This document shows positions 31,287 through 38,627 of a stretch of DNA of 38,627 nucleotides, piece by piece. A program made the translations under genes and the position numbers. Numbering within the stretch: the stretch's first letter is position 1; the number at the start of each line of letters is the position of its first letter. The DNA is from an uncultured Bacteroidales bacterium (GTDB lineage: Bacteria; Bacteroidota; Bacteroidia; Bacteroidales; CAYFUP01). The notes beneath the pieces were generated by a model that was not told the origin of the DNA, searched no databases, and was given only the letters and a program-made list of their open reading frames with translations. The stretch lies in NCBI GenBank assembly GCA_964346235.1, contig CAYFUP010000004.1, positions 1 to 38,627 on the forward strand, in the 5' to 3' direction.

Positions 31287-32483
31287 TTATTTGCGGTTAT
31301 GTTTGTTTTTGTTTTTCGGATGTTTTATCTTTTTTCTGTGGTTTTGTTTGTTGTTTTTATCTTCAAAACGGGTAATGCTGTCCTCGCCCACAACATTTTT
31401 ATATTCCGGATTATCAGTTTCCTTTTTCTCCTGAATTTCACCTTTTAAGGATTCAATGTTTTTTCCTGTTTTATTCAGCGCGATGTATTCCTTAACTTTT
31501 TCCACTGAAAGCGGAATAAAATTGGAAGCCGATTCCGCATCGCTATCAAAGGTAAACCACATGATCCTCCTGAAAATATCACGCTTCTGACAGGATACCA
31601 AGCCATCTGCGGTTTCCAGTTTAACGGACAAATCCGGAAAATCCTCCAGGGCTTCTATATAGCAGGGCAACTCATAATTTAAGCAACATTTCAGTTTACC
31701 GCACTGACCGGCCAGCTTTTGGGGATTAAGGGAAACATCCTGGTAACGGGCAGAATTGGTGGTGACAGATTTAAAATTCGACATCCAGGTAGCACAGCAC
31801 AATTCCCTGCCACAGGGCCCGATTCCTCCAATCCTTCCTGCTTCCTGCCTGGCTCCTATTTGCTTCATTTCAATCCTCACCTTGAATTCATCAGCCAGCA
31901 CTTTTATCAGTTCCCTGAAGTCCACCCGCTCATCAGCAATATAATAAAAAATGGCCTTGGTTTTATCTCCCTGGAATTCAACATCTCCGATTTTCATGGC
32001 CAGCCTAAGTTCATCGGCAATTTGTCTGGCCTTGATCATGGTGGGTTGCTCCAGATGAATGGCTTCATACCATTTTTCAGTATCCACCGGCTTGGCTTTC
32101 CGGTATATTTTCTTGAACTCATTTTCAGCCGGATCAACATTGTTTTTATGCATCTGATAATATACCAGGTCGCCTGTCAGGGAAACAATCCCTATATCAT
32201 GTCCCGGAGAAGCTTCCACGGCCACTATATCCCCTTTTTTCAGCCTTAATTGATTGGCATTGGAGTAAAACCCTTTCCGGGTGTTTTTAAACCGGATTTC
32301 CACCAGATCATTGTTCATGTTTCCATGATCTATGTCTTCCAGCCAGTTATAGGTATTCAGTTTATTGCAGCCATCCGTAAAACTGCTGAAGGTGGACTCT
32401 TCACTTTCCATTATTTCAGGACAACCCCTGGAATATATCTTTGGCGACTTATTGTTGTGCATCATAATCGGTTGCGTTTTCAT
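31287..32483 (-). CDS. ricT: PSP1/RicT (YaaT)-family protein
   Basis: RFKNTRK, RVDFRELIK, GGIGPCGRELCC and KLAGQCGKLKCCLNYE motifs; 4-bp ATGA overlap with holB. Confidence 0.93.
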   Translation of the reverse strand: MKTQPIMMHNNKSPKIYSRGCPEIMESEESTFSSFTDGCNKLNTYNWLEDIDHGNMNNDLVEIRFKNTRKGFYSNANQLRLKKGDIVAVEASPGHDIGIVSLTGDLVYYQMHKNNVDPAENEFKKIYRKAKPVDTEKWYEAIHLEQPTMIKARQIADELRLAMKIGDVEFQGDKTKAIFYYIADERVDFRELIKVLADEFKVRIEMKQIGARQEAGRIGGIGPCGRELCCATWMSNFKSVTTNSARYQDVSLNPQKLAGQCGKLKCCLNYELPCYIEALEDFPDLSVKLETADGLVSCQKRDIFRRIMWFTFDSDAESASNFIPLSVEKVKEYIALNKTGKNIESLKGEIQEKKETDNPEYKNVVGEDSITRFEDKNNKQNHRKKIKHPKNKNKHNRK

Positions 32484-33604
32484 GTTTTTATATATTTCAT
32501 CAATTGAATGGTTAAGTCGTAAAACACCAGTTTGCTATACCCATTCATCTCGATATGAAGATATGCTTTATTGAATTCATCATTGATCTTACCAATATTT
32601 GAAGGATTGATAAATCCGGAAAATTTTTCAGCAAATTCCCGTTCTTCCTTTCCCAGGTTGGTTATTTGCCGGAGTCCCTGACTTAGGGCAAAGCTTTCCC
32701 GCACAATCCTGAGCGCATAATCGAAGAACAGTTTTTGTTTCTCCCTTCCGATTCCGGCGATACTGTCCACCCACTTGAGGGCAGTCAGCAAATTACGCTG
32801 GTATGCAATCCGCATCAATTCAATAAGTTGCTTATGATTATATACCAAAGTATCCTCATTTTCATGATACTGAAGCGCCGTAATGTAATTTCCCATGCTC
32901 TGCAGTGAAATATCCCGGGCTTGATTTTCAGAAAGTTGATGATTTTCAATAAAATGCCCGCAGAGATCTTCCTGGTTTATTTTAGGAATCTTTATCAACT
33001 GAAGCCTTGATATAATGGTAGGAAGCAAGCTTTCGGCATTGTCGGAGACAAAAAGGAAGAGGGTATTCGGAGAAGGTTCTTCGAGGATTTTTAACAATTT
33101 ATTGGCGGCGGATTGGTTCATTTTTTCCGGCAGCCACACCAGCATAATTTTATAATCTGCTTCGAAGGTCTTAAGATGCAGCTTTCTGAGAATCTCATAG
33201 CTTTCGTTTTTGGCGATAATTCCTTGTTTGTTTTCGACCCCGATATGCTCATACCAATGGTTTTGCGTAATATATGGGTTGTCAAGCAGCTTTTCCCTCC
33301 ATTTTTGAAGGAAATCGTCGCTTTTGGGTTCTTTATTGGAATCCGTTTTAATGACCGGGAAAGCAAAATGAAGATCAGGGTGCGCCAGTTTTTGATATTT
33401 GATGCAGGATTTACATGTTCCGCAGGAGTCTTGTTCCCCTTTATCTTCGCAATTTACATACTGGCCATACGCAAGGGCCAATGGCAATCCTCCGTAACCA
33501 GATTTCCCCAGGAACAGCAGGGCATGGCTAATTCGACCGGTTTTTACCGATTTTATCAAACGTCTTTTTAATTCATGCTGTCCAATTACATCCTTAAATT
33601 GCAT
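32480..33604 (-). CDS. holB: DNA polymerase III subunit delta'
   Basis: MQFKDVIGQ, HALLFLG, SCGTCKSC zinc site, HPDLHF, AANKLLKILEEP and LPTIISR motifs. ATG at 33604 preferred. Confidence 0.93.
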   Translation of the reverse strand: MQFKDVIGQHELKRRLIKSVKTGRISHALLFLGKSGYGGLPLALAYGQYVNCEDKGEQDSCGTCKSCIKYQKLAHPDLHFAFPVIKTDSNKEPKSDDFLQKWREKLLDNPYITQNHWYEHIGVENKQGIIAKNESYEILRKLHLKTFEADYKIMLVWLPEKMNQSAANKLLKILEEPSPNTLFLFVSDNAESLLPTIISRLQLIKIPKINQEDLCGHFIENHQLSENQARDISLQSMGNYITALQYHENEDTLVYNHKQLIELMRIAYQRNLLTALKWVDSIAGIGREKQKLFFDYALRIVRESFALSQGLRQITNLGKEEREFAEKFSGFINPSNIGKINDEFNKAYLHIEMNGYSKLVFYDLTIQLMKYIKT

Positions 33605-33699
33605 TAGAAGGTTAATTAACTGATTTTTATATGTTTTATAAAATAATAATAAATTAATTGAAAGAAAATACATTTCAAAAGTAAATAATTTTTAATTTT

Positions 33700-33707
33700 T
33701 ATCTTTG
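33700..33707 (+). promoter_or_regulatory. Bacteroidota -7 promoter element for pgk
   Basis: TATCTTTG (TAnnTTTG) ending 33 bp before the ATG, in an AT-rich divergent intergenic region. Confidence 0.65.
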
Positions 33708-33740
33708 TCATCCTTATTGTGAAATATAAAATTAATAACC

Positions 33741-34931
33741 ATGCAAACATTTGAGAATTATGATTTTTCAGGCAAGAAGGCCCTTATCAGGGTTGATTTT
33801 AATGTGCCGTTAAACGATAAATTTGAGATCACCGATGATACCAGGATTCAGAAAGCGCTGCCGACCATCAAAAAAATTCTTGGCAACGGTGGAGCGGTCA
33901 TTTTAATGTCTCACCTTGGCCGGCCAAAAGGCGGTCCGGACGAGAAGTTTTCGTTAAAGCATGTCGTTCCGCATCTTTCCAGGGTACTGGGTGTTGAGGT
34001 TCAATTTGCATCCGATTGCATTGGTGAAGAAGCCAATGAAAAGAAGAAAAACCTGAAACCGGGAGATGTTCTTTTGCTTGAAAACCTCCGGTTTCATGAT
34101 GAAGAGAAAAAAGGAGATGCCGGTTTTGCAAGTCAGCTGGCCGAAAATGTTGACGTTTATGTCAATGATGCATTCGGAACGGCCCACAGGGCACATGCTT
34201 CTACCGCCATTATTGCCGATAACTTCAAAGAAAACAAACTCTTCGGTTATCTGATTGAAAATGAGGTCAACAGCCTTGAAAAAGTATTGAAAGAACCCCA
34301 AAGGCCCTTCACTGCCATTATGGGAGGGGCAAAAGTATCCGACAAAATCCTGGTCCTTGAAAACCTGATTGATAAGGTGGACAACCTCATCATCGGGGGC
34401 GGGATGACCTATACCTTCATTAAAGCCCAGGGCGGAAAAATCGGAAAATCCCTGTGTGAAGAAGATAAGCTGGAGCTTGCCCGGGATATATTAAAGAAGG
34501 CCAAGGATCATGATGTGAATATTTACCTGCCGGTTGACAGTGTAAATGCAGATGATTTTAAAAATGATGCCAACTCAGGCGTATCAAAAATTGATGAAGT
34601 ACCGGATAACATGATGGGACTTGATATCGGTGATGAAACCATAAAATTGTTTGGGGAAGTGATAAAGAACTCCAAAACCATTTTATGGAATGGCCCGATG
34701 GGTGTATTTGAGATGGAGAACTTTGCCCGTGGCACTAAAGCCATTGCAGAGGCTATTGCCGGTGCAACATCAACAGGTACTTTCAGTCTGGTCGGGGGAG
34801 GAGACTCTGTGGCCGCAATAAACAAAATGAACCTGTCCGGTAAAGTAAGCTATGTCTCCACCGGAGGCGGTGCCATGCTGGAATACCTGGAAGGAAAGGT
34901 GCTTCCGGGTGTCAAAGCCATTAAAGGATAG
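33741..34931 (+). CDS. pgk: Phosphoglycerate kinase
   Basis: [44 protein letters not shown] and STGGGA motifs. Confidence 0.98.
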   Translation: MQTFENYDFSGKKALIRVDFNVPLNDKFEITDDTRIQKALPTIKKILGNGGAVILMSHLGRPKGGPDEKFSLKHVVPHLSRVLGVEVQFASDCIGEEANEKKKNLKPGDVLLLENLRFHDEEKKGDAGFASQLAENVDVYVNDAFGTAHRAHASTAIIADNFKENKLFGYLIENEVNSLEKVLKEPQRPFTAIMGGAKVSDKILVLENLIDKVDNLIIGGGMTYTFIKAQGGKIGKSLCEEDKLELARDILKKAKDHDVNIYLPVDSVNADDFKNDANSGVSKIDEVPDNMMGLDIGDETIKLFGEVIKNSKTILWNGPMGVFEMENFARGTKAIAEAIAGATSTGTFSLVGGGDSVAAINKMNLSGKVSYVSTGGGAMLEYLEGKVLPGVKAIKG

Positions 34932-34981
34932 CTTTGAAAGTTATTGACTGAAATAAAAGTAATGGTTCAAAGGTGATAGAT

Positions 34982-35005
34982 GGAGCACCTGGATTGAGGT
35001 GCTCC
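34982..35005 (+). terminator. Hairpin, probable terminator after pgk
   Basis: GGAGCACCT-ggattg-AGGTGCTCC 9-bp stem followed by an interrupted U-tract (gttgtt). Confidence 0.65.
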
Positions 35006-35291
35006 GTTGTTATGGCTTAACAGGGTAATTATTGTTCACAGACCAATAATAAGCGTTAAATAGTGACGCTAAGCAAACTAACTAATTATTCTAAAGTGGT
35101 TTTAAGAAAGCGTCAAGAAAAAGGCATGCGAGCCTTAACAGTACATCCAAAACATTTAACCATGAAACATTTCAACGAAAACCAAATCGGAAATTCGCTT
35201 CATGCGTTTGTGGAGAAGAAGCAAAACACGGGCCCCATGAACCAATGTCAATCCGGATCAAATGACAAGATGACATTCTGGACAGGGATTT

Positions 35292-35663
35292 TTGCCTGTC
35301 ATCGTAGTGCCCAATCTCGAAGGTCCTGTTTCCGAAGGCATCTATGAATTAAGAAGCCATCAGTCCGCCACAGAAGCCGACCTGAACAATAAGGTGGAAA
35401 TGTTTAATCAAGGAGGGGAAATTGAGATATTTAAAGACTTGGATTTCAACCCGGTCTTTTTTGGAAAGGTCATTTCCGCTCCCGACATGCCCAACCTGAT
35501 GTACATGACGTCATTTTCCAACACGGAAAGTCGCGATGAGCGCTGGGATGCGTTCCGCGCTGCACCGGCCTGGGAAAAACCAAAGGCCGATCCAAAATAT
35601 CAGAACAATGTTTCGCTCATTGACCGGTTTTTTCTGCCTCTAACGGAATTTTCAGATTTATAA
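35292..35663 (+). pseudogene. C-terminal half of a NIPSNAP-family protein, probable remnant
   Basis: IYELRS…KVEMFNQGGEI…PVFFG…MPNLMYM…RDERWDAF…YQNNVS pattern. In-frame TGA at 35271, only a TTG start, no N-terminal domain or signal peptide. Confidence 0.65.
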
Positions 35664-35673
35664 CCCACCCCGC

Positions 35674-35861
35674 TGCTTTTCTTATGCTGTTGGATTCCTG
35701 TGAGTTACTGATGCTAAAATATGCCCAGGAGTCTCTGATGCATCAGAAAACCAGGAGTCACCGATGCTAAAGGATGCCCAATTATCCCCGATGCTTCAGT
35801 GCACGAAGGATTCACCAATGCTATGGGATGCCCAATAGTCACCGATGCTGTTTTCATAAGA
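35674..35861. repeat. Degenerate 27-bp tandem array (7 units) with 53/54-bp higher-order structure
   Basis: nATGC core at 35683, 35710, 35737, 35763, 35790, 35817, 35844; alternate units end in atgccca. Confidence 0.88.
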
Positions 35862-35886
35862 ATCGAATCCTTTCCATTATAAGGTT

Positions 35887-35999
35887 CCAGGAAACCAGGT
35901 GTGATGCCCATACCTGTTAAAATCCAGTAAACCAGATGCGATTTTTATAGGCTTTTTATAATCAAATAAGCCAGGTGTGATTTTTACACCTTTTTACAT
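35887..35999. repeat. Three 37-39-bp units, two with a 19-bp imperfect palindrome
   Basis: CCAGRTGYGAT at 35895, 35932, 35971; aggtgtg-atgcc-catacct and aggtgtg-atttt-tacacct. Confidence 0.7.
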
Positions 36000-36086
36000 C
36001 GATAAATGAACATATCTTGATATGATATGTTTATGTTTCGTATTTTACATAATAATATCTTAAATTATTAATTAAATCTGTTGGCA

Positions 36087-38468
36087 ATGAAAAAATCATT
36101 TTTATTCCTTGTTTTATTGGCCATGGGCATAATGATCAGCGCCCAAACGCCAAATTCTTTCAATTATCAGGCGATAATTAGAAACATAGATGGAGAAGTC
36201 CTGGCTGAAGAAAAAGTAGCAATGAAATTCAGCCTTTTAACGGACTCTTCTGCTGGTGAGTCTGTTTATCATGAAGAACACCAGTTAGTAACCAGTCCGG
36301 CTGGGTTAATCACAGTGGCCATTGGAAACGGAACGAATGCAAGTGTTTCCATGGATAGCATTGACTGGCAAAATCATCCACACTTTCTAAAGGTGGAGTT
36401 TAAAAGAGAAAGCGAGTCATCTTACCATCACCTGGGCACCGCCCGGTTGTTGTCCGTTCCCTATGCCATGCATGCCGCTACGGCTGATGCACTTGCAAAA
36501 CCTGTGGAATTCGAAATGAAAAGGCATGTGATGGTGACCAGCGAGGATACTGTATCCGATAACCGTGCCTTTCATTTTGACATTTCCAAAGATGATGTGC
36601 AAAGAGGCCTGCAGGTCGATATGAGTGGACAGGGAACCAAGTTCGCCCTTCGTGGAAATACCCATGCTGATTCCACGGATGATGGTTTTAAAATCGGCGT
36701 ATTGGGCAGTTCTATGGGTTCAGGAAGCGGAAATGTGGAAGGTGTCAGGGGACAAGCCTTTTCCAACGGTAAATACAACACCGGTGTGCTTGGCCTTGCC
36801 GGAGGGGCAGGCAATGGTGATACCGGTTTGCCGGGTAGCGGAGAAATGGGATCCTACAATACCGGCGTTAGCGGTCAGGCTCATAGCAATGCCTGGGGCA
36901 ACACAGGGGTGTATGGCAGTACCGGTGGTAGTGTCGGAGAAGACAACATAGGGGTTGCCGGTCACAGCTCCGTAGGTGATTCAGGAAATACAAGCATAGA
37001 AAACAAAGGAGTGCTCGGCTGGGGCCGTGGGCCTGGAAAAAACTTTGGCGTTTATGGTATTGCCGGAGATGATGGCGTTGAGAACTGGGCCGGGTGGTTT
37101 GATGGCGATGTGAAAGTTACCGGTAATCTTTCTGTCGAAGGTGAATTGAATAAATCCTTTAACGATGCCATGGGTAAAAGTTACAAAGTAACCAATGACA
37201 ATGGCCAATTAAGAGCCAATCTTAATTATTATGCAAACAATGATGCAGGTAGCCTGGTGTTGCGGGGAGCGCATGACACTACTACCGCCATTTTGGGTTC
37301 AACTTACCAGGGTTATGCCGGGGGGTTATGGTTATATGATTCAACCCGAAATAATACTGTGCGGCTGCAAAGCTTGAAAAACGGAGGGGGAAGGTTACTG
37401 ACCTATGATGAAAACGGAAACAACATTGCCTGGTTTGGCAATTATCGACCCAACTCAGGAATTTTTCAGATTACGGCTTATGATGAGAACAGCCAGCTGC
37501 TGGGTGCAGTAGGCAGTTACATTAACCAGAATAAACCGGAGATGTATCTTGAAACAGCCGTGGAAGGAAATTATAAAACGATTGTAAGTCTCGGCGGTAA
37601 TGAAGTTGGCGAGCAAGGAATCGGTGGATATTTAACCCTCAGGGGACCTGCACCTGATAAAGATACCTGGCCAAACGATGTGTTCAGCGTGATGGCCGTG
37701 AGCGATCAGAACGGATCAGACCCTGAAGGATTCTCCGGGGAAGCCTTCTTTCGCGGAACCCATACCCCCAATCTGCAGATGGGAGGAAAACCATGGGAAG
37801 ACAATGATTTGGGATTTTTCCAAATGTTCGGCAGCATTCAGAATGCGGACGACTGGTATACCCCTGCCATCCTCATGGAAGTAGGAAAGAATGAGTCTGA
37901 CGCTTCCGAGGCGGGTTTTGTATCTTTCCGCCGTATCCTGAGCGCGGACAGCAGCAGGGAGACGATAGCCATGCATGGTCACGATGGCTCGGCAACATTT
38001 TCCGGGAGACTGGATGCTTATGATTTATGGGCCAACGGTGGAAAATTTCACGCGATCGGTTCTGATCTTGCCCTTGGCGAAGGCGCTGCCCTGGGTGTGA
38101 AAAAATGGGATAACAATGGAAACCTGGGTTTTATTCACATGCGGGGAGGAACTGATTTTGGCACAGAACCCTGGGGTGCAGGAAAACTCCTGGTAGCCCT
38201 GGAGACCGAACAACAAGATACTTTGCAATACGCCCGTTTACACCTGGGGAAGACAAGCGCATCCGGTGAATTTGAAGAAAGCATCAAACTCAACAGTTAT
38301 TCCGGTTCGGTTGAGGCACAAACTGTGAACGTGAAAGAAGTATTGAATTTAAAGCCCACATCCGATGCCCCGGCCAATCCGGTTGACGGTGACATGTATT
38401 TTGACTCGAATGAAGGAAAAGTAAAAATCTATGTGGCAGGTGCCTGGAAAACACTGGCTTTTGAATAA
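36087..38468 (+). CDS. Secreted tail-fibre/adhesin-like protein with Gly-rich repeats
   Basis: Signal peptide ending before Gln. N-terminal FNYQAIIRN…LLSVPYAMHA domain, eight xxGVxG repeats, AGWFDGDVKVTG, and C-terminal PANPVDGDMYFDS…YVAGAWK motif. Confidence 0.8.
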   Translation: MKKSFLFLVLLAMGIMISAQTPNSFNYQAIIRNIDGEVLAEEKVAMKFSLLTDSSAGESVYHEEHQLVTSPAGLITVAIGNGTNASVSMDSIDWQNHPHFLKVEFKRESESSYHHLGTARLLSVPYAMHAATADALAKPVEFEMKRHVMVTSEDTVSDNRAFHFDISKDDVQRGLQVDMSGQGTKFALRGNTHADSTDDGFKIGVLGSSMGSGSGNVEGVRGQAFSNGKYNTGVLGLAGGAGNGDTGLPGSGEMGSYNTGVSGQAHSNAWGNTGVYGSTGGSVGEDNIGVAGHSSVGDSGNTSIENKGVLGWGRGPGKNFGVYGIAGDDGVENWAGWFDGDVKVTGNLSVEGELNKSFNDAMGKSYKVTNDNGQLRANLNYYANNDAGSLVLRGAHDTTTAILGSTYQGYAGGLWLYDSTRNNTVRLQSLKNGGGRLLTYDENGNNIAWFGNYRPNSGIFQITAYDENSQLLGAVGSYINQNKPEMYLETAVEGNYKTIVSLGGNEVGEQGIGGYLTLRGPAPDKDTWPNDVFSVMAVSDQNGSDPEGFSGEAFFRGTHTPNLQMGGKPWEDNDLGFFQMFGSIQNADDWYTPAILMEVGKNESDASEAGFVSFRRILSADSSRETIAMHGHDGSATFSGRLDAYDLWANGGKFHAIGSDLALGEGAALGVKKWDNNGNLGFIHMRGGTDFGTEPWGAGKLLVALETEQQDTLQYARLHLGKTSASGEFEESIKLNSYSGSVEAQTVNVKEVLNLKPTSDAPANPVDGDMYFDSNEGKVKIYVAGAWKTLAFE

Positions 38469-38512
38469 TCATCATAGCCCACTCATTCACTAAAGTGCCC
38501 GACAAGAATATG

Positions 38513-38603
38513 AAATGAGCTTTTGAATTCGCTGCAGGCAAACGAGTTACGAGTTCGCCGGAAGCAAATGAGCATGAGGGCTCCATCGGCATTTGAAACG
38601 AAA
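38513..38603. repeat. Degenerate 26-30-bp tandem repeat (3-4 units)
   Basis: gaattcgctgcaggcaaacgagt (38525) vs gagttcgccggaagcaaatgagc (38551); AAAYGA at 38513, 38540, 38566, 38596. Confidence 0.65.
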
Positions 38604-38627
38604 TAGTTGACTTTATTTAATTTATAT

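Noticed and set aside
33605-33673. N-terminal extension of holB in the ORF track (likewise nfuA 28345-28401)
   Set aside because: AT-rich promoter-like DNA; family similarity begins at the downstream ATG.
35020-35160. Possible riboswitch (agcgtta / tgacgct / agcgtca alternative pairing)
   Set aside because: Stems are only 7 bp and I could not match any known aptamer consensus.
35674-35999. TIGR-like or CRISPR mini-array; 65-aa ORF at 35714-35911
   Set aside because: Unit length does not fit, no Nop-domain or Cas gene is nearby, and the ORF simply reflects the 27-bp period, with a 26-bp unit breaking phase.

Overview
Chromosomal window of a Bacteroidota bacterium, judged from the T9SS/gliding genes porX, sprE/porW and gldH, TAnnTTTG promoter elements, and signal peptides cleaved before Gln. 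The left part holds a 5'-truncated PAS histidine kinase, a heavy-metal RND locus whose CusA/CzcA pump is almost entirely deleted in frame (TolC part and adaptor kept), a coiled-coil membrane protein and an MggS-like GT4. Next comes a 4505-aa, apparently non-catalytic, multi-domain T9SS cargo protein. A minus-strand housekeeping block follows (holB, ricT, gldH, trmB, atl, mrp, nfuA, sprE, porX, tsaE, ald-like, a PKD lipoprotein, a small membrane protein). The right end has pgk, a NIPSNAP remnant and a secreted tail-fibre-like protein. The least explained signal is five degenerate short tandem arrays in intergenic DNA (periods ~30, 66, 27, 37-39 and 26-27 bp). The 66-bp array copies the 3' end of ald and stays open in the +1 frame into the downstream lipoprotein gene. 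I recognised no rRNA, tRNA, cas gene, transposase, integrase or reverse transcriptase. All family calls come from motif recognition by eye, not database searches.
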